IMG/VR virus record: IMGVR_UViG_3300038701_000543
From: a virus
Strand: one strand, 5' to 3'
Length of the DNA stretch: 34,262 bases
The position numbers and the translations under genes are program-made. Shown in pieces: positions 16,672 through 24,682 of the stretch; the stretch's first letter is position 1; each line of letters starts with the position of its first letter. The notes under the pieces were generated by a model. It was given only the letters and a program-made list of their open reading frames with translations, made no database searches and was not told where the DNA came from.

Positions 16672-19256
16672 CAGTCAGCAGCTCCACCAACCGCGTCAGC
16701 TACGCAGGGAACGGCTCGACCACCGTCTTCCCGTACACCTACAAGGTCTTTGACGAAGACGACCTGACGGTGATCTTGCGCTCGGCTGACGGCACTGAGG
16801 CGGTCAAGACGATCACGTCGGACTACACGGTCAGCGGCGTCGGCAACGCGGGCGGCGGCAACGTGACCATGCTGACGGCTCCGGCCACCGGCGAGACGCT
16901 GGTGATCCTGCGCGAGCAGGACCTGGTACAGGAGCTGGACATTGTCCCGAATGACCCTTTCCCGGCTGACAGCCTGGAAGGCGCTCTGGACCGGTTGACC
17001 TTCATGGTGCAGCAGCACGAGGAAACCCTTGGCCGCACGATCAAGGCCTCGCGCACCAACACGATCAGCGGCTCGGAGTTCACGATCTCCGCGGCGGATC
17101 GCGCCAGCAAGATTTTCGCTTTCGATAGCAGCGGCGATCTGAGCATCGCGCAGGAGCTGGGCACCTACCGCGGCGACTGGGCGACGGGCACGGCTTATGC
17201 CGAGCGCGACATCGTGAAGGACAGCGGCAACGACAACATCTACTTCTGCAACACGGCGCACACATCGAGCGGATCTGTCCCGATCTCGACCAACACCGAT
17301 GCAGCCAAGTGGGACCTGCTGCTGGATGTCAGCGCGTTCTCTGATCTCTACGACCAGTTCGACGTGCGCTACCTTGGCTCGAAATCCAGCGACCCGGCAA
17401 CGGACAACCAAGGCAACGCGCTGATCGACGGCGCGCTGTACTGGAACACGACCGACAACCGCATGAAGGTCTACGACCTCGGCAACACGACCTGGGCGCT
17501 CACCGCTCCCACCGCAGCCGAGCAGGTCAACATCGACGCAGTGGCGGCGATCGCCGCGGATGTCAGCGCGGTGGCCGCTATCGACACGGACGTGACGGCT
17601 GTAGCGGCGGATGCGACGGACATTGGCACGGTCAGCGCCAGCATCGCGGACGTGACCACGGTCGCCGGTATCAGCGCGAATGTGACGACTGTCGCTGGCA
17701 TCAGCGCGAATGTGACGACGGTGGCGGGGATCAGCTCTGACGTCACGGCAGTGGCGCCGGTCGCGGCTGACGTGACTGCGGTGGCAGCGATCGACAGCGA
17801 CGTGACCACGGTCGCCGGCATCAGTTCGGACGTGACCACGGTTGCGACGAACGTCGCGGACATAACGAACTTCTCTGACGTCTACCTCGGCCCGAAGGCC
17901 AGCGACCCGGCGACCAGGAACGACTCTTCGGCGCTGCAGGCTGGCGATCTGTACTTCAACACGACCAGCGACACGATGCGGGTCTACACCGGGTCGGCCT
18001 GGGAGGCCACGGCGGTCAGCATCTCCGGACTGGTCGAGAAGACCTCGGCCACGGGTTCCGCCGAGATCCCTGCTGGCACTGATGCTGAACGCGACGGAAC
18101 CCCTTCGGCTGGCTACTTCCGCTTTAACACTGACAGTTCCAGCTTCGAGGGCTACGACGGCACGGCTTGGGGTGCGGTAGGCGGTAGCGCTGATTTGTCT
18201 GCTGTTGCCGAGGACATCATTCCCGACGCTGACAGTACTCGTGACATCGGCAGCACGTCGAACAGATGGGCGCAAGGCTGGTTTGATGATGTCACCCTGA
18301 CGAATCTGAACGGCAACCCCATCGCCACTGCTGGCTCCCTGTCGAAACGCAACAAGATCATCAACGGCGCAATGCAGATCGCGCAACGCGGCACGAACTT
18401 TGCTGGCGGCACGACGAACGCGGACGACGCCTATACGCTGGACCGCTGGTACGTGCTGTCGGAGGGGTCTGACAGTATCGACGTGGATCAGGTTGCGGAC
18501 AGCCCTGACACGGGCGGAAAGTGCATCCGGCTTGACGTGGAGACGACGGGAGAAAAGTTCGGCATTGCCCAAATCGTAGAGGCGTCGAACTGCACTGGCC
18601 TGATTGGCAATACGGTCACGCTGTCCTTTGCGGCGAAGGTCTCTAACGCCCGGATCGACACGGTAAAGGCCGCAGTCGTCGCGTGGAGTGGCACGGCAGA
18701 CACGGTGACGAGCGACATCATCTCGGCATGGAATGCTGACGGCACGACGCCCACGCTTATTGCCAACGCAACGTTTGAGAACACGCCCGCCGATCTGGGC
18801 GTGACGACCTCATGGGCGACCTACCAGATCACGGCGACGGTTGATACTGCCAGCACGGCGAACCTGATTGTGTTCATCTGGTCGGACGACGCGACGAACC
18901 CTCTGGCAGGGGATTTTCTGTATATCACGAACGTCCAGCTTGAAGCTGGCGACACTGCCACGCCTTTCGAGCATCGGTCGATTGGGCAGGAGTTGACTCT
19001 GTGTCAGAGGTATTATGAAGTTGGGACGATTTTTATGCAAAACCCAGCCGTTGGTTCTTTTGGCTTCTCTAATCAATATTCCGTTGAAAAACGCACAACC
19101 CCGACAAGAACTGGAACCGACATTGCTTCTGGTGGAATCGGGGCAATAACTCCTCAAGGGGCCGGAAACGTAAAGAACACTCTTCAACTAAAAGTCGAAA
19201 TAACAGGCTCGGGCGGGTATTTATTCTACAGTTGGATATCAGACGCGGAGTTGTAA
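16668..19256 (+). CDS. Tail fibre protein
   Basis: 862 aa. T7-fibre-type N-terminus ...SSSTNRVSYAGNGSTTVFPYTYKVFDEDDLTV, 11 tandem decapeptide repeats, and a low-GC C-terminal tip. Confidence 0.88.
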   Translation: MTVSSSTNRVSYAGNGSTTVFPYTYKVFDEDDLTVILRSADGTEAVKTITSDYTVSGVGNAGGGNVTMLTAPATGETLVILREQDLVQELDIVPNDPFPADSLEGALDRLTFMVQQHEETLGRTIKASRTNTISGSEFTISAADRASKIFAFDSSGDLSIAQELGTYRGDWATGTAYAERDIVKDSGNDNIYFCNTAHTSSGSVPISTNTDAAKWDLLLDVSAFSDLYDQFDVRYLGSKSSDPATDNQGNALIDGALYWNTTDNRMKVYDLGNTTWALTAPTAAEQVNIDAVAAIAADVSAVAAIDTDVTAVAADATDIGTVSASIADVTTVAGISANVTTVAGISANVTTVAGISSDVTAVAPVAADVTAVAAIDSDVTTVAGISSDVTTVATNVADITNFSDVYLGPKASDPATRNDSSALQAGDLYFNTTSDTMRVYTGSAWEATAVSISGLVEKTSATGSAEIPAGTDAERDGTPSAGYFRFNTDSSSFEGYDGTAWGAVGGSADLSAVAEDIIPDADSTRDIGSTSNRWAQGWFDDVTLTNLNGNPIATAGSLSKRNKIINGAMQIAQRGTNFAGGTTNADDAYTLDRWYVLSEGSDSIDVDQVADSPDTGGKCIRLDVETTGEKFGIAQIVEASNCTGLIGNTVTLSFAAKVSNARIDTVKAAVVAWSGTADTVTSDIISAWNADGTTPTLIANATFENTPADLGVTTSWATYQITATVDTASTANLIVFIWSDDATNPLAGDFLYITNVQLEAGDTATPFEHRSIGQELTLCQRYYEVGTIFMQNPAVGSFGFSNQYSVEKRTTPTRTGTDIASGGIGAITPQGAGNVKNTLQLKVEITGSGGYLFYSWISDAEL
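17541..17870 (+). repeat. 11 x 30-nt in-frame tandem repeat inside the tail fibre gene
   Basis: The decapeptides are VAAIAADVSA / VAAIDTDVTA / VAADATDIGT / VSASIADVTT / VAGISANVTT / VAGISANVTT / VAGISSDVTA / VAPVAADVTA / VAAIDSDVTT / VAGISSDVTT / VATNVADITN. Each starts at 17541 + 30n. Confidence 0.95.
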
Positions 19257-19259
19257 GAT

Positions 19260-19682
19260 ATGAACATCACAAGCGCACAATATCAAAACGACATGTCCGC
19301 CAACGAACCCTCCGGCATCAAAGCCACCATCGACGGAGTGGAAATGTTCGTGCCTCTCGCACCGGGCAACCGCCACTATCAAGCTATCATAAAAGCTGTC
19401 GAGTCTGGCGATCTGGTGATTGAACCTGCGCCGACCCCCACGCTCAGCGGCGAGCGTGCCGCCATGCGCTGCACCCCTGCCCAGATGCGCCTGACGCTCC
19501 ATCGTATGGATCTCCTGACGCAGGTGCAGGCAATAGCTGACGCGGACCCAGAGGCGAGCATCGTGTGGGAATATGCCACGGTCATCGAGCGCACCAGCCC
19601 TCTGATCGACGCACTGGGTGGGCCGAATGGGTTCACCGACACACAGATCGACGGCATCTTCCGCGCTGCGATGCAGGCTTGA
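19260..19682 (+). CDS. Hypothetical protein downstream of the fibre (possible fibre-associated/assembly factor)
   Basis: 140 aa. Its 5' third shares the low-GC island with the fibre tip. Confidence 0.6.
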   Translation: MNITSAQYQNDMSANEPSGIKATIDGVEMFVPLAPGNRHYQAIIKAVESGDLVIEPAPTPTLSGERAAMRCTPAQMRLTLHRMDLLTQVQAIADADPEASIVWEYATVIERTSPLIDALGGPNGFTDTQIDGIFRAAMQA

Positions 19683-19705
19683 ACTAGACGTACGGAGTAG
19701 GCCGA

Positions 19706-19951
19706 ATGGAGCTGACATTCATCTGGAGCGGCGCGCTCACCTTTGCCTTCGGCCTGCTCAGTTGGATCATCCGGGGCTACGTCGAGGAGCTGAAGCGCGT
19801 GACGATCCTGCTGAACCGCACGCGCGAGGAGCTGGCCAAGGAGTACGTCACCAAGGCCGAGGTGCACGCTGACATCAACCGGGTAATCTCGCGGCTTGAG
19901 GCGCTGGACGCCAAGCTCGACCGGATCATCGAGAGCTACAAGAGGCAGTGA
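19706..19951 (+). CDS. Membrane protein with one N-terminal TM helix plus coiled coil (holin/antiholin or lysis regulator)
   Basis: 81 aa. TM segment LTFIWSGALTFAFGLLSWII followed by a charged helical tail. SD ggag; immediately upstream of the endolysin. Confidence 0.6.
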   Translation: MELTFIWSGALTFAFGLLSWIIRGYVEELKRVTILLNRTREELAKEYVTKAEVHADINRVISRLEALDAKLDRIIESYKRQ

Positions 19952-19953
19952 TA

Positions 19954-20541
19954 ATGGACCGCCGTCAGGTAAACGCCTACGCCCTCGCGTGCGAGGAGAT
20001 CGGCACCCGCGAGCTGAAGGGTGACAAGCACAACCCGGACGTGGTCCAGTACTTCGCAGACGTCGGCCACGCATGGGTCAAGGACGACGAGACTGCATGG
20101 TGCGCAGCCTTCGTCGGTGCCATGCTCGAGCGCAACAAGCTGCCCTCGACCCGTAAGTTGAACGCCCGGTCCTATCTGGACTGGGGCGACCCGGTCGATC
20201 TCGAGAGCGCCCGCGCCGGTGACATCGTCGTGTTCAGCCGGGGCAACCCGGCAGGCTGGCAGGGTCACGTCGGGTTCTTCGTGCGGGTCGAAGGCACCAA
20301 CATCGAGGTGCTGGGCGGCAACCAGTCCGATCAGGTCATCATCTCCCGCTACCCGATCTCGCGGCTGCTGGGCGTCCGGCGCTGGCCCACTCTGGACCCG
20401 ACGCCGGTGGTGGTCGAGGATGATGATCTGCCGCGTGGCAACCCCATCGCCCGGCTGATCGAGACTATCGTCATGGCCCTGGCGCGGATCCTGACCAATA
20501 TCATGAGGCAGCTCGGCCTTGGCAAGGACGGCCCGGCATGA
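19954..20541 (+). CDS. Endolysin, NlpC/P60-CHAP-like peptidase (TIGR02594-type)
   Basis: 195 aa, with a catalytic-Cys context ETAWCAAFVGAML and a His context GWQGHVGFFV. ATG 19954 follows agagg; the alternative start is GTG 19948. Confidence 0.8.
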   Translation: MDRRQVNAYALACEEIGTRELKGDKHNPDVVQYFADVGHAWVKDDETAWCAAFVGAMLERNKLPSTRKLNARSYLDWGDPVDLESARAGDIVVFSRGNPAGWQGHVGFFVRVEGTNIEVLGGNQSDQVIISRYPISRLLGVRRWPTLDPTPVVVEDDDLPRGNPIARLIETIVMALARILTNIMRQLGLGKDGPA

Positions 20542-20777
20542 GCTACTTCCGCCCCTCTTCGCTGACGTGGTGGTCGGGCGTCCTGGCCGTGGCGACTGGC
20601 GTTGCATCGATGGTCATGCCCGAGAGCCTGGCGGTAACGGAGTTCGGGCGACTGCTGGCGATGTTCGCTGGGTCCGCCGATGCGTCGCCCGCGGCGCTGA
20701 TCTTCCTCGGCACCGGCCTGATCGGCGTCAGGGCGAAGCTGGAGCGCGCGTTCCAGCAGAGTGGCCCGCATGTTTGA
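20538..20777 (+). CDS. Holin-like multi-TM membrane protein
   Basis: 79 aa with three hydrophobic segments (WWSGVLAVATGVASMVM, FGRLLAMFAG, AALIFLGTGLIGV). ATGA overlap with the endolysin gene. Confidence 0.6.
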   Translation: MSYFRPSSLTWWSGVLAVATGVASMVMPESLAVTEFGRLLAMFAGSADASPAALIFLGTGLIGVRAKLERAFQQSGPHV

Positions 20778-20979
20778 CCTGGCGGTCATCATTGGCGGGC
20801 TGACCGCGCTGGTGCTGAGCGTGCTGGGCTATGGGGAAATGCGCAGGCGCGAAGGCAAGAGAAAGGCGAAAGACGATGCAGAACGTGCTGATGCGGAGCG
20901 GGCGCTGGGCATTCGCCGCAGCGCTGATCGTGCTGACGAGCGGTTGCGCAAGTATGACGACGCAGGGTTCCGAGACTGA
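20770..20979 (+). CDS. i-spanin (Rz-like)
   Basis: 69 aa. N-terminal TM segment FDLAVIIGGLTALVLSVLGY followed by a highly charged Arg/Glu/Asp/Lys periplasmic tail. Confidence 0.65.
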   Translation: MFDLAVIIGGLTALVLSVLGYGEMRRREGKRKAKDDAERADAERALGIRRSADRADERLRKYDDAGFRD

Positions 20980-21118
20980 AGCGGCCATCTGCGAGGGCAT
21001 CGGGGGAGCGCTGCCGACGCGATCGCGCGCTGACACGCAGACTACCATCGACGACATCACGCGCCTGTATGCGACGTTCTCCGCCGTGTGCCAGGCTCAG
21101 GAAGGGATGATCCCGTGA
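20876..21118 (+). CDS. o-spanin (Rz1-like lipoprotein), overlapping the i-spanin in another frame
   Basis: 80 aa. Signal peptide MQNVLMRSGRWAFAAALIVLTSG|C with a lipobox-like LTSGC, plus two further Cys in the mature part. It starts inside the i-spanin gene and extends beyond it. Confidence 0.65.
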   Translation: MQNVLMRSGRWAFAAALIVLTSGCASMTTQGSETEAAICEGIGGALPTRSRADTQTTIDDITRLYATFSAVCQAQEGMIP

Positions 21119-21873
21119 CGCTGCCGACAGAGAAGCTGTACACGTGGCAGCGCGGCACGGACGTCCCGTTCCGCACGCGCGTGTCGATGGGCAAGGTGGT
21201 GGACGTCAGGCCTGTGTTCGTCTTCGGGTTCAACCCGGATGTGCAGAACGTAGAAGAGACGATCTGGGATCACGGCGGCGTGTACACCTACCCCGCCTCG
21301 GCCGCCCAGATGACGATCAGCTCGAGCGACGCGGGCACAAATGCCGTCGTGTCGATCGTCGGCCTGGGCGCCGACTACGTCGAGCAGACCGAGCTGATCA
21401 CGGTGAACGGGCAGACGCCGGTCACGACGGCCAACAGCTACCTGCGCATCAACGGCATGTCGGCGCTGACAGGCACGGTGGCCGGAAGCATCTATCTCGG
21501 CACTGGCACCGTGACGGCTGGCGTTCCAGCCACGGTCTACGCCAGGATCATCAACGGCAACAACCGCACCGAGGCCGGGATCTACACCGTGCCTGCTGGA
21601 TATGAATTCTACTTCGACCACGGCACCGTGTCGCACGGCTCGGACAGCTCGAACGCTTTCATCACGGCGCGCCTGGCGTATCGCCTTACAGGCATCCTGT
21701 TCCAGACCGGCGCCAAGGTCACGATGAACAACATATTCATCCACTTCCCCTTCGAGTATCCGCTGCTGCTTCCTGCTGGCAGTGACATCGAGACGCGCGC
21801 GATTTGCAGCAAGGCGCAAACCAACGCCGTAGCCACCTCGTTCCAGGGGCTGCTCGTGAAGACCGAGATCTAA
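21115..21873 (+). CDS. Conserved-looking beta-rich protein of unknown function (possibly virion-associated)
   Basis: 252 aa from GTG 21115 (GTGA overlap with the o-spanin stop; aggaaggg 9-10 nt upstream). Gly/Thr/Val-rich sequence suggests an all-beta fold. Confidence 0.65.
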   Translation: MTLPTEKLYTWQRGTDVPFRTRVSMGKVVDVRPVFVFGFNPDVQNVEETIWDHGGVYTYPASAAQMTISSSDAGTNAVVSIVGLGADYVEQTELITVNGQTPVTTANSYLRINGMSALTGTVAGSIYLGTGTVTAGVPATVYARIINGNNRTEAGIYTVPAGYEFYFDHGTVSHGSDSSNAFITARLAYRLTGILFQTGAKVTMNNIFIHFPFEYPLLLPAGSDIETRAICSKAQTNAVATSFQGLLVKTEI

Positions 21874-21883
21874 GGAGGCCGAC

Positions 21884-22036
21884 ATGGCAAAGCGCCCTGG
21901 ACTGTACGCCAACATCAACAAGCGCAAGGAAGCTGGCACGTCCCGGCCTGAGAGCGAAAGCACGATCGACGACAAGACGTACTCGCTGATGCGCCGCAAG
22001 GCTGGCGGGTTCAAGCCGGAGAAAAAGAATGGCTAA
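21884..22036 (+). CDS. 50-aa Lys/Arg-rich miniprotein (below the ORF-track cutoff)
   Basis: MAKRPGLYANINKRKEAGTSRPESESTIDDKTYSLMRRKAGGFKPEKKNG. Perfect SD taaggagg lies 6 nt upstream of ATG 21884. Confidence 0.65.
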   Translation: MAKRPGLYANINKRKEAGTSRPESESTIDDKTYSLMRRKAGGFKPEKKNG

Positions 22037-22334
22037 GTCTCCGGCGTGGACCCGCAAGGAAGGCAAGAACCCGAGCGGCGGTCTGAACGAAAAAGGGCGC
22101 CGCAGCTATGAGCGTGAGAACCCCGGCTCGGATCTCAAGGCGCCGGTCAAGTCTGGCGACAATCCGCGCCGCGCCTCGTTCCTCGCACGCATGGGCAACA
22201 TGCCCGGCCCGGAGCGCAAGAACGGCGAGCCGACCAGGCTGTTGAAATCGCTGCAGGCCTGGGGTGCGAGCAGCAAGGCCGACGCGCGGGCAAAGGCTAA
22301 GGCGATCTCCGAGCGCAACAAGAGGAAAGACTGA
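22029..22334 (+). CDS. 101-aa basic protein
   Basis: MAKSPAWTRKEGKNPSGGLNEKGRRSYERENPGSDLKAPV.... GGAG lies 7 nt upstream, and the gene overlaps its upstream neighbour by 8 nt. Confidence 0.7.
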   Translation: MAKSPAWTRKEGKNPSGGLNEKGRRSYERENPGSDLKAPVKSGDNPRRASFLARMGNMPGPERKNGEPTRLLKSLQAWGASSKADARAKAKAISERNKRKD

Positions 22335-22474
22335 TGCCGAAGAAGATGGAGCAAAGCCTGATGCGCCGCGCGGCGGAGATGGGCCTCAAGGGCGAGCGCA
22401 AGGACGCGTACGTCTACGGCACGATGTCGAAAATGGAGAAGAAGAAGGATCAAAAGAAGCCGAAAGGCTCTTGA
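22334..22474 (+). CDS. 46-aa Lys-rich miniprotein (below the ORF-track cutoff)
   Basis: MPKKMEQSLMRRAAEMGLKGERKDAYVYGTMSKMEKKKDQKKPKGS. ATG 22334 overlaps the upstream stop (TGATG), with SD agaggaaag. It is the last gene of the rightward late operon. Confidence 0.55.
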   Translation: MPKKMEQSLMRRAAEMGLKGERKDAYVYGTMSKMEKKKDQKKPKGS

Positions 22475-22504
22475 TCATTATGGCTTTCCCGCCTCAGCCT
22501 TAGA

Positions 22505-22580
22505 TGCCAGCGCGCACAATGCAAACCAGCCAAGCGCTGGTTCGCGCCGGGAGTTCGCACGCATTCTCTGCGCGCTGGCA
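22505..22580. terminator. Long inverted repeat at the convergence of the late (+) and early (-) operons
   Basis: tgccagcgcgca (22505-22516) pairs perfectly with tgcgcgctggca (22569-22580). The inner hairpin is aaccagc-caagc-gctggtt. No U-runs on either strand. Confidence 0.45.
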
Positions 22581-22586
22581 CGATCG

Positions 22587-22949
22587 TCACCTACCCTCCA
22601 GCTCGTCTTCGTAGGCGTCGGTGATGATCCCGGCCACCAGCTCGGCGACCGTTCCGCCGTCAGGCACCTGGCTGTAGACCCAGATCCGCACGTGATCCGG
22701 CAGCGTGGCCAGCATGAGTGCCATCGATCCAGCGGGCGGATCGTTCCGCCCCCTGAACATGTGCGGCACGCGCCGCGGCGGGAGAAGCCCGGCTTCGCGC
22801 GCGTCCAGGATGTACTTGTGCACCATGCTTCTGCTGAGGCTGAGATCTTCGGCGATGTCCTTCGCGCTCTTCCCTGACAGCGTCATGTCGGTGACCTGCT
22901 GCACCCGCTCTGCGCGAGGCTTCTTCCAGGGCGCTATTCCTCCGGGCAT
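22587..22949 (-). CDS. HTH DNA-binding protein (LuxR/sigma region-4-like N-terminus), last gene of the early operon
   Basis: 120 aa from ATG 22949, overlapping the deaminase stop by 16 nt. HTH-like segment LSGKSAKDIAEDLSLSRSMVHKYILDAREAG. Confidence 0.65.
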   Translation of the reverse strand: MPGGIAPWKKPRAERVQQVTDMTLSGKSAKDIAEDLSLSRSMVHKYILDAREAGLLPPRRVPHMFRGRNDPPAGSMALMLATLPDHVRIWVYSQVPDGGTVAELVAGIITDAYEDELEGR

Positions 22950-23398
22950 GCTTCCGCCTCGAAGATCGTCACGCCAGCCTCGCTGAACTGCTGCTGCGTC
23001 AGCAGCAGATCGTGGCGCCAGCGCTCTTCGAACTCGGTCGTCGGCTTCGGCCATATGACGTAACGCACACCGGCTTGGATGATCAGCGCCGCGCACTGGG
23101 CGCAGCAAGGATGCGTGACGACCAGAGTACAGTCATGGGTGGATCCGGTTGCGAACAAGATCGCGTTCTTCTCCGCGTGCAGGACCAGCTTGTACTTGGT
23201 CTCCCGGTGGTTCAGCCGAGCCTCGGTGTCGTAGACACCACGGGCGAAGCCGTTGAACCCGGCCGAGACGATCCGCCGTTGGGGGTCGAAGATGACGGCT
23301 CCCACTTGGGTGCTTGGGTCCTTGCTCAGCTTGGAGACGTGATGCGCCATGCCCAGCGCCCACTCTTGCAGGCGTGGGGTGTTCAGCGGGTTGGTCAT
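22934..23398 (-). CDS. dCMP (deoxycytidylate) deaminase
   Basis: 154 aa from ATG 23398 (ATGA overlap with the upstream gene). Zinc-binding signature HAEKNAI ... PCCAQCAALI (H-A-E ... P-C-x-x-C). Confidence 0.88.
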   Translation of the reverse strand: MTNPLNTPRLQEWALGMAHHVSKLSKDPSTQVGAVIFDPQRRIVSAGFNGFARGVYDTEARLNHRETKYKLVLHAEKNAILFATGSTHDCTLVVTHPCCAQCAALIIQAGVRYVIWPKPTTEFEERWRHDLLLTQQQFSEAGVTIFEAEACPEE

Positions 23399-23616
23399 TG
23401 CTCGCCCTCCTGCCGCAGCTTGTTCAACGCCCGCCACCCGAGGACCTCGCTGTGCGCTTCCCAGATCAGGTCGGCCACGCCCGTTGCAGGCATGAGCCGC
23501 TCGGTGTCCGTCCAGATGTCCGAGCGCTCCGCCATCTGCGCCGCACGCTCAAGACGCCTCGGGAGGGAGGCGTCGAGCGCCTCCATCACCGCTTCCCAGT
23601 CGATGTCTTTGGTCAT
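23395..23616 (-). CDS. Hypothetical early protein
   Basis: 73 aa (MTKDIDWEAVMEALDASLPRRLERAAQ...), with ATGA overlaps at both ends. Confidence 0.6.
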   Translation of the reverse strand: MTKDIDWEAVMEALDASLPRRLERAAQMAERSDIWTDTERLMPATGVADLIWEAHSEVLGWRALNKLRQEGEQ

Positions 23617-23831
23617 TGTGTCCTCACTGTTGTGAACGCGACGAGATTGATGGACCACCAGCGGTTTTCCTCTGCCTCGTCGAACCCCACGGCTGCGATG
23701 GCATCCTCTTCGTCGCAGCGTTCTCCGTCTGGCCCGACGAAGTCGGTAAGCCGGATCACGCGGTCTTTGCTTGTCAACGCCACGCCCGCATCGCGATTGA
23801 TGGCGATCACCTCTTCTTGGTCCTCGGTCAT
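23613..23831 (-). CDS. Hypothetical acidic early protein
   Basis: 72 aa (MTEDQEEVIAINRDAGVALTSKDRVIRLTDFVGPDGERCDEEDAIAAVGFDEAEENRWW...), with ATGA overlaps at both ends. Confidence 0.6.
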   Translation of the reverse strand: MTEDQEEVIAINRDAGVALTSKDRVIRLTDFVGPDGERCDEEDAIAAVGFDEAEENRWWSINLVAFTTVRTQ

Positions 23832-24133
23832 TGGTTTCTCTCCCCAAATATCGCTGCCAGCAGCCGCCGCTCTTTGAACCCGTGCCGTATGGCCCGGCAG
23901 TGCGTTTCCCGCTCCGCCTTGGTCCGCGCAGCAAAGGCCTCCATCGGCACCCACAGCGCCTGCGCCAGCTTGTAGGCGGTGTTGTAGGTCGGGTTGTCCA
24001 CCCGGCCCGAGGTCAACGTGCCGAGCGTCCCCTTGGGGAACGGCGCCTCCCGGCAGATGTCCGTAAAGGTGCGCCCGTTTTCGTCATGCTCCTTGAGGTA
24101 GGTCTCAAGGCATGTGGTGAAGATAGATTTCAT
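23828..24133 (-). CDS. XRE/Cro-CI-type HTH transcriptional regulator
   Basis: 101 aa. HTH segment RTFTDICREAPFPKGTLGTLTSGRVDNPTYNTAYKLAQAL. Strong SD aggagg upstream. Confidence 0.75.
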   Translation of the reverse strand: MKSIFTTCLETYLKEHDENGRTFTDICREAPFPKGTLGTLTSGRVDNPTYNTAYKLAQALWVPMEAFAARTKAERETHCRAIRHGFKERRLLAAIFGERNQ

Positions 24134-24136
24134 CCC

Positions 24137-24682
24137 TCAATCCTCCTGCCGCCGAGCGAAGTCGTCTTCGAGCATGTCGCAAAAGCGGGCCAGCTGCGCC
24201 GCGTTCGTCTCGCCCTGCCGCCACTCCGCCTTGGCTTCGGCCACCTCTCCGACGCCCTCCAAGCGGACGCCGCCGTCGTACTCGGCCATGAAAAAGCAGT
24301 GGCCAGTGTCCCCGTTGGGGATGCGCACCTCGCCGATCATGCCATCCTGCGGCTTGATCTTCCGGAACTCCTCCATGACCCGGGCAAAGCGCTCGGGGAT
24401 GGACAGCTCTGCCGCCACGGCCCTGTCCTCTTCGATGGCAGACAGGACCTTGTCGATGTTATTGGCCGCATCCATGAGCGTGAACGGCATCCCGTCAGCG
24501 CGCAAGGTGTAGCCGGTCAGCTGCCGGTAGCCGTCGAGCCAGTACACCCGGTCGTGCCCCGGACGGCGGCGCGCCTTGCTCAGGTCGATCCGAACGCCCA
24601 GCGCCTCGGCGCGCTTGACGAACTCAGGGAAATCCTGCCGAAAGCTGCGACAGATCCGGTTTTCTTTCCTTGCCTTGGTCAT
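24137..24682 (-). CDS. Hypothetical early protein
   Basis: 181 aa from ATG 24682 (ATGA overlap upstream). No motif recognised. Confidence 0.65.
   Translation of the reverse strand: MTKARKENRICRSFRQDFPEFVKRAEALGVRIDLSKARRRPGHDRVYWLDGYRQLTGYTLRADGMPFTLMDAANNIDKVLSAIEEDRAVAAELSIPERFARVMEEFRKIKPQDGMIGEVRIPNGDTGHCFFMAEYDGGVRLEGVGEVAEAKAEWRQGETNAAQLARFCDMLEDDFARRQED

Noticed and set aside
22505-22580. Possible tRNA. A 7-bp acceptor-like stem (gccagcg/cgctggc) spans 74 nt, with a GGTTCG segment inside.
   Set aside because: No T-loop (TTCRA) sits in the correct position. Position 8 is C. No D-arm or anticodon-arm pairing could be drawn, and the helix continues to 12 bp instead of branching. It was treated as a plain inverted repeat.
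22587-23108. Longer versions of several track ORFs, including 22587-23108, 23395-23934, 23613-23954, 24137-24895, 24945-25256, 25154-25567, 25333-26106, 26138-26449 and 30655-31902.
   Set aside because: The upstream extensions overlap the preceding genes extensively and are Arg/Gly/Pro-rich. In each case an internal ATG/GTG exactly overlaps the upstream stop (ATGA/TGATG/GTGA) or follows an SD, giving a compact coupled operon.
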